64,000 nucleotides of DNA from Vicinamibacterales bacterium (lineage in GTDB: Bacteria > Acidobacteriota > Vicinamibacteria > Vicinamibacterales > UBA2999): positions 22,302 through 86,301 of the forward strand of contig JBIKUN010000001.1 of the NCBI GenBank assembly GCA_044347565.1, in the 5' to 3' direction. Positions 1 through 9,812 of this stretch are shown here, piece after piece (the first letter of the stretch is position 1; each line of letters begins with the position of its first letter). A program made the position numbers and the translations under genes. The notes under the pieces are model-generated. The model saw only the letters and a program-made list of their open reading frames with translations. It was not told where the DNA came from and did no database searches.

Positions 1-1416
1 GGCGCGCAGGTCGAGCTGGTTGACGATCCGCGTCTCGAGGAAGTTGTTGATGAGCGACGGCGCCCGGAAGGCGCGGTTGGCCGACAGGCGGATCGCGTGG
101 TCCGGCGCCGGCTTGAAGATGAGCGCCGTGCGCGGCGAGAACGTCGGGTCGGGCAGGATGTTGAAGTAGTCGCTGCGCGCACCCACGACCCAGCGCAGGT
201 GGTCGTTGATGAAGATCTCGTCCTGGATGTAGGCACCGGTCTCGTAGCGGTTGTCGCCGCGCGGCGCCAGCGAGAGGTCGAAGCTGTTGTAGCGGGCGTT
301 GCCGCCGAAGCTCAGCACGTGGCGCGTGCCCAGGGCGAGGACGTTGCCGTACTCGACGTCGAACGTGCGGGTGTTGAAGTTGAACAGAATCGGGCGGCCC
401 TGCAGGTCGAACGACAGGAGCGCGTTGGCGTTGCCGTCGAGGATGTTGGTGAAGGCGTTGAGCTTCTGGGCGCCCTTGCTCCAGCGCACCGAGCCGTAGC
501 CGAGCTTCGTGCCCCGGGTCATGTCGAAGGGGCCGATCCCGGTGTGGATGATGCCCTCGGTGCCGGCGAAGCCGCCGGCGAACGACAGGCGGTAGGCGCC
601 CTGCGGCGCCTCATAGTCGAGACGGGCGTCGAACTTCGGCTGGCGCGTGCCGGTGTTCGCGAACCCCGGGTACGGCGTCTGCGCGGCGTTGTTGATGGTA
701 CCGGTCGGCCGGAGCAGCGCGTCCTGGGCGAAGGCCCCGGCCGACACCTTGTACGACCACTGGTCGTTGATGACGGCGGCGTTGGTGCCGTTCACGTACC
801 AGAGCGGCAGGCTGTTGCGCTCGGTGCGGGAGTCGCCCGGGCCGATGCTGCCGACGCCCATGGTGAAGCTCGTGCCCTGCATCTCGCGCGGGCTCTTCGT
901 GATGAAGTTGACAACGCCCGAGAGCGCGTTGGCGCCCCACACGGCCGAGGCCGGCCCGCGGATGACTTCGATCTGCCGGATCTCGTTCGGGTTGATGGGC
1001 AGGAAGTCCCACGCGACGAAGCCGAAGAAGTCGAGATACAGGGAGCGGCCGTCGATGAGGGCCAGCTGCGAGGTCGACAGCGTCGACGTGGCGCCGCGCA
1101 TGTTGATGTTGAAGTCACGCGCCGAGGTCTGCGTGATGTTCATGCCGGGCACCGAGCGCAGGAGCTCGGCGTAGTTGGTGGCCGGCGAGCTGGCGATGAC
1201 GTCGCTCGTCACGACGCTGACGGTGGCCGGCGCGTTCACGAGCTGCTGTTCGACCTTCGAGGCGGTCACGACCACCGCTTCGGTGTAAATCGGGGGCTGC
1301 TCGGCCTCGGCCGGCGCCGCGGGTGGCGGCACCGGCGGCTGAGCCGGCGGCTGGGCACCCGCTGTCGCGGTCGTCGCCAGCGTGAGTGCCACGATCCAAG
1401 CGCACACTGTCCTCAC
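1..1416 (-). CDS. TonB-dependent receptor, N-terminal 472 codons (C-terminus lies beyond the left window edge)
   Basis: Absent from the ORF track because no stop lies inside the window. The reverse strand reads GTG(1416-1414) VRTVCAWIVALTLATTATAGAQ (signal peptide). Plug-domain strings follow: VVVTASKVEQQLVNAPATVSVVT, LLRSVPGMNITQTSARDFNINMRGATS, EVIRGPASAVWGANALSGVVNFITK. AGGAGG at 1422-1427 lies 5 nt upstream. The plus ORF 97..1482 is its antisense shadow. Confidence 0.85.
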   Translation of the reverse strand, partial: MRTVCAWIVALTLATTATAGAQPPAQPPVPPPAAPAEAEQPPIYTEAVVVTASKVEQQLVNAPATVSVVTSDVIASSPATNYAELLRSVPGMNITQTSARDFNINMRGATSTLSTSQLALIDGRSLYLDFFGFVAWDFLPINPNEIRQIEVIRGPASAVWGANALSGVVNFITKSPREMQGTSFTMGVGSIGPGDSRTERNSLPLWYVNGTNAAVINDQWSYKVSAGAFAQDALLRPTGTINNAAQTPYPGFANTGTRQPKFDARLDYEAPQGAYRLSFAGGFAGTEGIIHTGIGPFDMTRGTKLGYGSVRWSKGAQKLNAFTNILDGNANALLSFDLQGRPILFNFNTRTFDVEYGNVLALGTRHVLSFGGNARYNSFDLSLAPRGDNRYETGAYIQDEIFINDHLRWVVGARSDYFNILPDPTFSPRTALIFKPAPDHAIRLSANRAFRAPSLINNFLETRIVNQLDLRA

Positions 1417-1581
1417 AGGAACCTCCTGACCGGGGGGCGGATGTCGTCCAAGTTCGTCCCCGATGATGGATCCGCATTGTAACGGACCTCGGCCGCGACG
1501 AGACGGGCCGCTCCACACGAAGGCGCGCCCGGGCGCGCGAGGGCGTGCCCCGCGTATCGCACGGACGGCGCCTGGCCGGCC

Positions 1582-2544
1582 TCAGGCGTGCGGCTGCACG
1601 GTGGCGGCCCACGCTTCGAGCGCGCGGGCGTCCTGGTCGAACCGGCGGATGCCGTCGCTCAGCTTCTCGACCGCCATCGCGTCCTGATTGTGGAGCCAGC
1701 GGTAGGCCTTCTCGTCGAGATGCACGCGCGCCTCGCCATCACGCGCCGCCATCCCGGGCGTGAGGGCCGGCGTGAGTTCGCCGGACGTCTCGGCCAGGGC
1801 CGCGAGCAGCTCGGGGCTGATCGTCAGCAGGTCGCTGCCGGCAAGCTGCGTGATCTGCTCGACGCGGCGGAAGCTGGCGCCCATGACCTGCGTCTGATAG
1901 CCGTGCTTCTTGAAGTAGGCATAGATGCGGCGCACCGACTCGACACCCGGGTCGGCGTCCACGGGAATCTCGGCGCCCCTCGCCTTGCGGTAGTAGTCGT
2001 AGATGCGGCCCACGAAGGGCGAGATGAGCGTCACGCCGGCCTCGGCGCAGGCCACCGCCTGCGCGAAGCTGAAGAGCAGCGTGAGGTTGCAGTGGATCCC
2101 CTCGCGCTCGAGCACCTCGGCGGCGCGGATGCCCTCCCAGGTGCTGCCGATCTTGATGAGCACGCGCTCCTTCGGCACACCGGCGGCGCCGTAGAGCGCG
2201 ATGAGGTCGTGGGCCTTGGCGATCGTGGCCTCGGTGTCGAAACTGTGACGCGCGTCCACCTCGGTCGAGACGCGGCCCGGAATGATCTTGAGGATCTCGC
2301 AGCCGAAGGCGACGGCGAGGCGATCCATGAAGGCTTCGGTGCGCGCGGAACCGGTCGCACCACCGGCCGCGGCGGCGGCGAGCGCGCCATCCACGAGCCC
2401 CCGGTAGGCCGGCTGCTGCGCGGCCTTGAGCAGGAGCGACGGATTGGTGGTGGCATCCTGCGGCCGGTGCTGCCGGATGGCGTCGATGTCGCCGGTATCG
2501 GCGACGACGACCGTGTAGCGCTTCAGGGAATCGAGCAGGGACAT
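1582..2544 (-). CDS. tal: transaldolase (TalB type)
   Basis: 320-aa ORF with [91 protein letters not shown]. These are transaldolase B family signatures. Confidence 0.95.
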   Translation of the reverse strand: MSLLDSLKRYTVVVADTGDIDAIRQHRPQDATTNPSLLLKAAQQPAYRGLVDGALAAAAAGGATGSARTEAFMDRLAVAFGCEILKIIPGRVSTEVDARHSFDTEATIAKAHDLIALYGAAGVPKERVLIKIGSTWEGIRAAEVLEREGIHCNLTLLFSFAQAVACAEAGVTLISPFVGRIYDYYRKARGAEIPVDADPGVESVRRIYAYFKKHGYQTQVMGASFRRVEQITQLAGSDLLTISPELLAALAETSGELTPALTPGMAARDGEARVHLDEKAYRWLHNQDAMAVEKLSDGIRRFDQDARALEAWAATVQPHA

Positions 2545-2596
2545 GCGGCGATCTTACTCGGGACCGGGGGCTGGGGGCTGGGGCTAGACTTAGCGC

Positions 2597-4237
2597 ATGA
2601 GTCTTCGTGCGCTCGACGCCTGGACACGCCTCGAACAGCATCGCGACCGCATCGCGGACGTGCCGGCGCGGCAGCTCTTCGCCGACGACCCGCGGCGATT
2701 CGAGCACTTCTCGATCCGTCTCGACGATCTGCTCGTCGACTACTCGAAGCAGCGCGTCACGGCCGAGACGATGCGGCTCCTCGGCGAACTCGCCCACGCC
2801 ACCGGCGTCGACGCGGCGCGCGATCGCATGTTCGCCGGCGCCCGCATCAACACCACCGAAGATCGCGCCGTGCTGCATGTGGCGCTGCGCCGCACGGCCC
2901 CCGGTGCCGTGCTCGTCGACGGCCGCGACGTCATGCCCGACGTGCGGGCCGCCCGCGCCCACCTCGCAGGTGTCGCCGACGACGTCCGCGCCGGCCGCTG
3001 GACGGGCGCCACCGGCGCGCGCATCACCGATGTGGTCAACCTCGGCATCGGCGGCTCGGATCTGGGGCCGGCGATGGTGGTGGACGCGCTCACGCCGTAC
3101 GGACGCGAAGGTCCGCGGATGCACTTCGTCTCGAACGTCGATGGCGCGCATCTCGACGAGACGCTGCGGCTCGTGGCGCCGGCCACGACCCTCTTCATCA
3201 TCGCCTCGAAGACGTTCACCACGCAGGAAACCATGGCCAACGCGCGGTCGGCGCGAGCGTGGCTCGTGGCCGCGCTCGGCGACGCCGCGGTGGGCCGCCA
3301 CTTCGTGGCCGTCTCGACCAACGCCGCCGCCGTCGACGCCTTCGGCATCACCGCCGCGAACATGTTCGGCTTCTGGGACTGGGTGGGCGGACGCTATTCG
3401 TTGTGGTCGTCGATCGGTCTGCCGATCGCCATCGCCATCGGCTCGGCGGGCTTCGACGCGCTGCTCACCGGCGCCGACGACATGGACCGCCATTTCGAAA
3501 CCGCGCCCACCGCCGGCAACCTGCCGATGGTGCTCGGCCTGCTGGGCATCTGGAACACGAACTTCCTCGGGGCCGCGACGCACGCGGTGCTGCCCTACGA
3601 CCAGTACCTGCGGCGCCTGCCGGCCTACCTGCAGCAGCTCGACATGGAGAGCAACGGCAAGGGCGTGACACGCGATGGCGTGCCGGTGGACGTGGCCACG
3701 GGCCCCATCGTGTGGGGGGAACCGGGCACCAACGGCCAGCACGCCTTCTACCAGTTGCTGCACCAGAGCCCGCGGCTCGTCTCGGCCGACTTCCTCGCCG
3801 CCGCGGAGCCCGCGCACGGCCTGCCGGCGCACCATCCCCTGCTGCTCTCGAACTTTTTCGCGCAGACCGAAGCCCTCATGCGCGGCAAGACGCTCGACGA
3901 AGCGCGCGCGGAGCTCGCCGCCGCCGGCCTCGACGCCGGCGCCGTGACGCGTCTGGCGCCGCACAAGGTCTTCCCCGGCAGCCGCCCGACGACCAGCCTG
4001 CTCTACCGGCGCCTCGACCCGCGCACACTGGGCCGCCTGCTCGCGCTCTACGAACACAAGGTGTTCGTGATGGGGGCCGTGTGGGGCATCAACTCGTTCG
4101 ACCAGTGGGGGGTGGAACTGGGGAAGGTGCTCGCCAACCGCATCCTGCCGGAACTCGACGCCGCCACCGACGCGGCCAGTCACGACGGCTCGACCAACGC
4201 CCTCATCAACCACGCGCGACGCCTGCGCGGACGCTGA
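2597..4237 (+). CDS. pgi: glucose-6-phosphate isomerase
   Basis: 546-aa ORF with [56 protein letters not shown]. It is divergent from tal. Confidence 0.95.
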   Translation: MSLRALDAWTRLEQHRDRIADVPARQLFADDPRRFEHFSIRLDDLLVDYSKQRVTAETMRLLGELAHATGVDAARDRMFAGARINTTEDRAVLHVALRRTAPGAVLVDGRDVMPDVRAARAHLAGVADDVRAGRWTGATGARITDVVNLGIGGSDLGPAMVVDALTPYGREGPRMHFVSNVDGAHLDETLRLVAPATTLFIIASKTFTTQETMANARSARAWLVAALGDAAVGRHFVAVSTNAAAVDAFGITAANMFGFWDWVGGRYSLWSSIGLPIAIAIGSAGFDALLTGADDMDRHFETAPTAGNLPMVLGLLGIWNTNFLGAATHAVLPYDQYLRRLPAYLQQLDMESNGKGVTRDGVPVDVATGPIVWGEPGTNGQHAFYQLLHQSPRLVSADFLAAAEPAHGLPAHHPLLLSNFFAQTEALMRGKTLDEARAELAAAGLDAGAVTRLAPHKVFPGSRPTTSLLYRRLDPRTLGRLLALYEHKVFVMGAVWGINSFDQWGVELGKVLANRILPELDAATDAASHDGSTNALINHARRLRGR

Positions 4238-4276
4238 GACCGGTCGCTGGGATCGGAGGGGGGGCGCTGAAGAAGC

Positions 4277-4353
<77 letters not shown>

Positions 4354-4543
4354 GTATCGCGCAGGCGCTCGCTGCCAGAGGCAGCCTCGCTCTGCGAGCG
4401 CGGAACGGGTAGTGTAGTCGAACGGGCCGTCGCGCGGCAAACCATCAGCGCGGCGCAGCCGGGCGTGCGAACGCGGCGGCGTTTATCGGATGCGTCCCTC
4501 GACGTGACCAGAACGCCTGGACCTCAGATCGGTATCATGGCAA

Positions 4544-5845
4544 GTGATGGCTGACACCAGGCGCACCTCCGCGTTCCTGCACTTCTTCCACACGGAGGCC
4601 GCCGGCGGCGTCGTGCTGCTCGTGGCGGCGGTCGCGGCGCTCCTCGCGGCGAACTCGCCCCTGGCCGGCTGGTATACCGGCGTCTGGGAGACACGGATCG
4701 TCGTGGGCCCCGCAAGCCATCCGCTCGCCCTCACCGCCCGCATGTGGGTCAACGACGCGGTGATGGCGCTCTTTTTCCTGCTCGTCGGCCTCGAGATCAA
4801 GCGCGAGATCCTCGTCGGCGAACTCTCGAGCCTGCGGCAGGCGGCGCTGCCCTTCGCGGCGGCGATTGGCGGCGTGGCGGCTCCCGCGCTGCTTTTCCTG
4901 GCCGTGGCGCCGGCCGACATGCGCGCCGGCTGGGCCATTCCCACGGCCACGGACATCGCCTTCGCGCTCGGCGTGCTGGCGCTCGTGGCGCCGGGCGCGC
5001 CCACCGGGCTCAAGGTCTTCCTGGCGGCCCTGGCGATTGTGGACGACATGGCGGCCGTGCTCGTCATCGCCCTCTTCTACACCGCGGAGGTCCACGTGGG
5101 CGCCCTCATGACGGCGGCGGCGATCGCCGTGGGCCTCATCGGGCTCAACCGCGCCGGCGTGCGGCATCTCGCGCCGTATCTGGCCGCCGGCGTCGCGCTC
5201 TGGTTCTTCGTCCACGAATCCGGCATCCACGCCACCATCGCGGGGGTCGTGCTGGCGCTGACGATTCCGACCCACACACGCATCAACGCCGCCGAGTTCT
5301 CGCGTGAGGCCCGGGCCCACCTCGACGCCTTCGACGACACCGAAACGGGCGATCTGCTCGTCATCACGAGCCAGGGCCAGCAGAACGCGCTGCACGCGCT
5401 CGACCTGGCCAGCAGCGCCGTCTCGGCCCCGCTGCTCCGCCTCGAGCACGCCCTGCACGGACTGAGCGCATTCGTCGTGATGCCGGTCTTCGCCTTTGCC
5501 AACGCCGGCGTGGCGCTCGGCGGCGGCGCGCTCGACTGGACCACCGCCGGCGCCATCGGCCTGGGACTCGCCGCCGGTAAGCCGCTCGGCATCACGCTGG
5601 CCGCCTGGCTGGCCTGCCGTGCCGGCGTGGCCGCACTGCCCGCCGGCGTCACCTGGGGCATGCTGCACGGGGTGTCGTGGATGGCCGGCATCGGCTTCAC
5701 GATGTCGCTCTTCATCGCCGGCCTCGCCTTCGGACCGTCGCCGGCGTTCGATGCCGCGCAGGTAGGCATCATGAGCGGCTCGGCATTCGCGGCGCTCGTC
5801 GGCGCGATCGTGCTGCGGCGGCAGCTCACGGCAGCGCGCCGCTAG
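4544..5845 (+). CDS. nhaA: Na+/H+ antiporter NhaA
   Basis: 433-aa polytopic ORF. N-terminus FLHFFHTEAAGGVVLL, the NhaA double-Asp region LAIVDDMAAVLVIALFYT, and GIHATIAGV. Confidence 0.9.
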   Translation: MMADTRRTSAFLHFFHTEAAGGVVLLVAAVAALLAANSPLAGWYTGVWETRIVVGPASHPLALTARMWVNDAVMALFFLLVGLEIKREILVGELSSLRQAALPFAAAIGGVAAPALLFLAVAPADMRAGWAIPTATDIAFALGVLALVAPGAPTGLKVFLAALAIVDDMAAVLVIALFYTAEVHVGALMTAAAIAVGLIGLNRAGVRHLAPYLAAGVALWFFVHESGIHATIAGVVLALTIPTHTRINAAEFSREARAHLDAFDDTETGDLLVITSQGQQNALHALDLASSAVSAPLLRLEHALHGLSAFVVMPVFAFANAGVALGGGALDWTTAGAIGLGLAAGKPLGITLAAWLACRAGVAALPAGVTWGMLHGVSWMAGIGFTMSLFIAGLAFGPSPAFDAAQVGIMSGSAFAALVGAIVLRRQLTAARR

Positions 5846-6025
5846 TCCGGACGCCGCACGCCGAGGCGGAGGAGCACGGGCTCGGGGGCCTTCGAGCGTG
5901 AACGCGCGCTCCAGCCCGGCACCGGGCTCGATCGGCGGCAGGCCCGGGCTGACGGCCAGCGGCGAACCCATCCGCTACGCCGTCGAGCACCGCGGCTCAC
6001 GCAACCACCGGGGCGCCGGCCGGGG

Positions 6026-7399
6026 CTACGCCCCGACCACGGCGCGGTCGGTGATCTCGAGCGCCTTGTCGATGATGGCGAACGCCTCGCGCAGTTCCGC
6101 CTCGGTCACCGTGAGCGGCGGATTGGTGAAGAACGTGTGCCAGCGCACGAAGGTATAGAGCCCTTCTTCGCGGAAGCGCCTGCCGAGCGCCGCCATCTCG
6201 GGCGATGCCCCGGCGAAGGGCGCCATCGGCTCCATCGTCTTGCGGTTGCGCGTCAGCTCGAAGATGCCGAAGAGCCCGATGTTGCGCACCGCGCCGACCG
6301 ACGGATGTTTCGCCGCCATCTCCTGGTGCAGCCCGCGCAGCACCGCGCCCATCGTCGCGGCGTTGTCGATGATGCCTTCGTCTTCGTAGACCTTGATGGT
6401 GGCGAGCGCCGTGGCGCAGCCGAGCGGATGGCTGTTGTAGGTGAGGCCGCCGTTGAACTGCTTGTCCTTGAAGTGATCGGCGATGTGGCGGCGCAGCCCC
6501 ACCGCGCCGAGCGGCACGTAGGCGCTCGTGAGGCCCTTGGCCATGGTCATGATATCGGGCACGACCTGCCAGTGGTCCACGCCGAACCACTTGCCGGTGC
6601 GGCCGAAGCCGGCCATCACCTCGTCGCAGATCATCAGGATGCCGTACTTGTCGCAGAGCGCGCGCACGCCCTGCAGATACCCGTCGGGCGGCACGAGGAT
6701 GCCGTTGGTGCCGCTGATGGTCTCGAGGATGAAGGCCGCGATGTGCTTCGGGCCTTCCAGCTCGATCACTTCCTCGAGGTAGGCGAGCGACTGCTCCGCC
6801 GTGTCCCACCCGCGCTGCAGGCCGTGATACGGGTCGAGCACGTGGATGACGCCGGGGATGCCGGGTTCGGCCGCCCAGCGGCGCGGATCGCCCGTGAGCG
6901 TGAGGGCACCGGCGGTGCCGCCGTGGTAGCCGCGGTAGCGCGCCATGATCTTGTGCCGGCCGGTGACGGCGCGGGCGATGCGGATGGCGTTCTCGTTGGC
7001 TTCGGCGCCGCCGTTCGTGAAGAAGAACACCTCGAGATCACCGGGCGTGATCGCCGCCAGCCTGGCGCCCAGGCGCGCCCGCGGCTCGGTGGCCATGAAC
7101 GGGTTGGCGTAGGCGAGCGTGGCCGCCTGATCCTGGATGGCCTTGATGATGACCGGATGGCCGTGGCCGGCATTCACGCACATCAGCTGGCTGTTGAAGT
7201 CGATATAGCGCTTGCCTTCCGGCGTCCAGAAGTGGACGCCCTGCGCGCGGGCCACGGGGATCGGGTCCACCGCGCCCTGCACCGACCATTCGTAGAGGCT
7301 GTGCTGACGGCACAGCGCCACCATTTCGTCTCCGGTCATTCCCGGCGTTGCCACGGCCTGGCTCATCACACCTCTCCCCACGCGGATCTCCGCGCGCAC
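6026..7399 (-). CDS. class-III (omega-type) PLP-dependent aminotransferase
   Basis: 457-aa ORF with FTNGGAEANENAIRIAR, LMICDEVMAGFGRTGKWFGVDHW, PDIMTMAKGLTSAYVPLGAV (PLP lysine context). Confidence 0.85.
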   Translation of the reverse strand: MRAEIRVGRGVMSQAVATPGMTGDEMVALCRQHSLYEWSVQGAVDPIPVARAQGVHFWTPEGKRYIDFNSQLMCVNAGHGHPVIIKAIQDQAATLAYANPFMATEPRARLGARLAAITPGDLEVFFFTNGGAEANENAIRIARAVTGRHKIMARYRGYHGGTAGALTLTGDPRRWAAEPGIPGVIHVLDPYHGLQRGWDTAEQSLAYLEEVIELEGPKHIAAFILETISGTNGILVPPDGYLQGVRALCDKYGILMICDEVMAGFGRTGKWFGVDHWQVVPDIMTMAKGLTSAYVPLGAVGLRRHIADHFKDKQFNGGLTYNSHPLGCATALATIKVYEDEGIIDNAATMGAVLRGLHQEMAAKHPSVGAVRNIGLFGIFELTRNRKTMEPMAPFAGASPEMAALGRRFREEGLYTFVRWHTFFTNPPLTVTEAELREAFAIIDKALEITDRAVVGA

Positions 7400-7582
7400 A
7401 CTCGGTGCAAGTCTAGCAGCCCGCTCCGGCGCCCGGCGAGCGAACGTCGGCCGGGCGGCGCTGCGCGACCGGCGTCCCGGTGGCGGCCGACGCGAGCGAC
7501 TGGGCCGCGGCCATCACGCGCGCCGATGAACGCCTCTACGCGGCCACACGCGAGGCCGGAGCGATTCCGGTATAGTCGCGCG

Positions 7583-8065
7583 ATGCTCGCGCATCCCGCC
7601 GCTGCCCGCCTCGCCGGCGCTACCCTGCTCGCGCTCACCCTGCTCGCCGCGCTGCCGGGCGCCGCTGCCGCGCAGCGCGTGCGCCAGGTGATCGACGGCG
7701 ACACCATCACGGTGTCGGGCGTCGGCGTCGTGCGTCTGCTGGGTGTGGACGCCCCCGAGAAGACCGGCGGCTACCGGCAGTCTGAGCCCTTCGGTGATGC
7801 CGCGACCAGCTTCATGAAGCGTCTCGTTGAAGGACAGATCGTCAAGCTGGAATACGACGGCGCGCGCAAGGACCAGTACAACCGCACGCTCGCCTACGTG
7901 TTCCTGCCCGACGGCCGCCTCACCAACCTCGAAATCATCAAGGCGGGCTTCGCCGAGACGTATCGCCGCTTCGAGTATCAACGCAAGCCGGACTTCTTCG
8001 CGGCCGAGCGCGAAGCGAAAGACGCGAAGCGCGGTATGTGGGCGGCGCGCCGCACGCGAAACTGA
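7583..8065 (+). CDS. secreted thermonuclease (SNase-like) family protein
   Basis: Only the last 161 codons of track ORF 6137..8065 look real. They read MLAHPAAARLAGATLLALTLLAALPGAAAAQ (signal peptide), then VIDGDTITV, RLLGVDAPE, YNRTLAYVFLPDG, AAEREAKDAKRGMW. Confidence 0.8.
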   Translation: MLAHPAAARLAGATLLALTLLAALPGAAAAQRVRQVIDGDTITVSGVGVVRLLGVDAPEKTGGYRQSEPFGDAATSFMKRLVEGQIVKLEYDGARKDQYNRTLAYVFLPDGRLTNLEIIKAGFAETYRRFEYQRKPDFFAAEREAKDAKRGMWAARRTRN

Positions 8066-8204
8066 GGCCGGGTGGTCCGACCGTACGAGCCCGTTGCCGA
8101 AGCGCGACCGCCGATGCTATAGTCTGAGTTTGCCAGTCGCGTCTCGGCGCCCGCCGTGCGCGACCAGCGAGCGGTGACAGCCTTCGGGCGCGTCGCACTC
8201 CCCT

Positions 8205-8280
8205 GGGCCCGTAGCTCAACTGGCAGAGCAGCAGACTCTTAATCTGTTGGTTGAAGGTTCGATTCCTTCCGGGCTCACCA
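8205..8280 (+). tRNA. tRNA-Lys (anticodon CTT); integration target
   Basis: Cloverleaf with acceptor GGGCCCG/CGGGCTC (one G-U pair), anticodon loop CTCTTAA, T arm GAAGG TTCGATT CCTTC, encoded CCA. Confidence 0.9.
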
Positions 8281-8953
8281 TCTTTTCATCAGCCCTCTCG
8301 GACGGCGCCAAGTACTTGAAAAGTGGTGCTGTCACGGCGGTTCGATTGAATCGATTTCCGTCGTACGCGATCCCCTCCGGAAAGAACAGCGCCTGCAGCC
8401 GCTGCTTGTAGTCGAGCGACGCCTGCACCCACAGGTCTGACGCGCGCGGCAGAATGCGTTCTGCGAACGCCAGGATGCCCTGTACGTCGAGTTCGTCGGT
8501 GGCGTCGGCGTGGTAGTCGATCTGGGCCAGCGTCAGCTCCTCGCGCAGCCGGTCGCGCTGCCGCTCGTAGCTCGTGCGATCGATCGACTGCGCGAACAGG
8601 AACGCTTCGTCGAGCCGATCGAGCTTCTGCTGGATCGCCTTCACCCGCCGGTCCTGCTCGACCGTACGGTCCTTCGCCTCGGCCCGCCGCTGCTCCCACA
8701 CGTAGAGAATCCGGTCCTTGACCAGGCGCATGTCGCCGGCAGACGGCTGCAGGAGCGCGAGTTCGTCCGCGAACGCGCCTTCGAGCGCAGCCTTGCTGAC
8801 GTTGACCGCCCGACACTGCCGCTGGCAGTGGCAGTAGGTGTTGCCGCTCACTGAAAACTGACCACCCCGCTTGGCGGCACACTGACCAGACTGCAGACCA
8901 AGGGCTGTCGCCCATCTGGCCGCATTCGGGGCCCTGAGACTCAGGGCAAGTGG
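8216..8953 (-). pseudogene. large serine recombinase remnant (zinc-ribbon and coiled-coil C-terminal part only)
   Basis: The open frame runs from the stop at ~8954. It reads GLQSGQCAAKRGGQFSVSGNTYCHCQRQCRAVNVSKAALEGAF, then IQQKLDRLDEAFLFAQSIDRTSYERQRDRLREELTLAQ and LWVQASLDYKQRLQALFFPEGIAYDG. No resolvase catalytic N-domain is present. The frame runs antisense through the tRNA before stopping. Confidence 0.7.
8236..8280 (+). repeat. att repeat A (3' 45 nt of tRNA-Lys)
   Basis: ctcttaatctgttggttgaaggttcgattccttccgggctcacca is repeated at 21710-21754. Its last 22 nt recur at 25143-25164. Confidence 0.9.
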
Positions 8954-9615
8954 TCAGTGCTCGGCGAGCAGAACCGCCCGGCTCTGGTCAGAACTCATCA
9001 ATCGCGGTGCCGCGCGGTGCGGGTCGGGCACCGACAGCGTGCGTATGTGAGCGCGTTCACGAAGCTGCGTTTGGTGGCGCTCGCGGCCATCGCCACGCCC
9101 AGTGACGCGATCACGGAGAACTACGTTCCGGGCTCCCGGCACGTACGGCGCTACGAGTCGCGGAGATCACGAAAGATCGCATCGCGCATGGAGGCTCCTG
9201 AGCGGCCCGCCATCAGGCCTCGCCGACTCCCCCATCCCGTGTCGACCATGACGCTCCTGGGCCCATCTCCTTCACCTCTCGGACATCAACCACGCCATCG
9301 GGGTCGACGGCGAGATTCTCGCGAGCGGCCAAGGTACTGCGGTAGAACGACTTACAGCGGCCCGTCGAGCGCGGCTTCAGTGATCGATTGCGCGGCAGCC
9401 GCTCATGCAGGGGGAACACTGCTCCCCAAGGTGCGTTCCCCCCTGTGTTCCCCCTGCGGCCCGAGGGCAACGCCCACTAATCACGAGGTTCACGGCGCTC
9501 AGGTCCTCGCACGCTCCATTCGCCACGCGACCGGCGTTCCATGCTCAATTGCGCCCCGGCCACCTCGCTGAGTTCGCACAGCGAAGCGTGCCGCCCACCC
9601 GGCCGTCGCCCTAGG

Positions 9616-9657
9616 GCGGATGTCCTCCTTGACACAGCGGATGTCCTCTTGGCACAG
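9616..9657 (+). repeat. tandem imperfect direct repeat (22 + 21 nt)
   Basis: gcggatgtcctccttgacacag is followed immediately by gcggatgtcctcttggcacag, inside an ORF-poor stretch. Confidence 0.8.
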
Positions 9658-9812
9658 GTCCTTCTTACCTCCTTCTTCGAATGCGCGGATCGTCGAGGCG
9701 GCAGGCGAGCATCCGTCGACGTTACGCGGGCCTGCTTGAGAGAGCGGGAGTCTAGTCCGGTTTGCTCACGCGCCAGCGCTGCTCCTGTGGCCTGCGCCGC
9801 GCCGGTGGTCAA

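Noticed and set aside
97-1482. 461-aa plus-strand ORF (Arg/Glu/Val/Gly-rich)
   Set aside because: It is the antisense shadow of the TonB-dependent receptor on the minus strand. It has low-complexity composition and no recognisable motifs.
4535-5971. 478-aa minus ORF over nhaA
   Set aside because: It is an antisense shadow. The plus-frame NhaA has the transmembrane pattern and conserved DD motif.
6137-7582. N-terminal ~480 codons of the 642-aa plus ORF 6137..8065
   Set aside because: They are antisense to the aminotransferase and of low complexity. Only the last 161 codons (signal peptide plus SNase domain) look real.
8957-9571. 204-aa plus ORF in the ORF-poor stretch of element 1
   Set aside because: It has no motifs, an odd composition and no RBS. 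It was treated as non-coding or decayed sequence.
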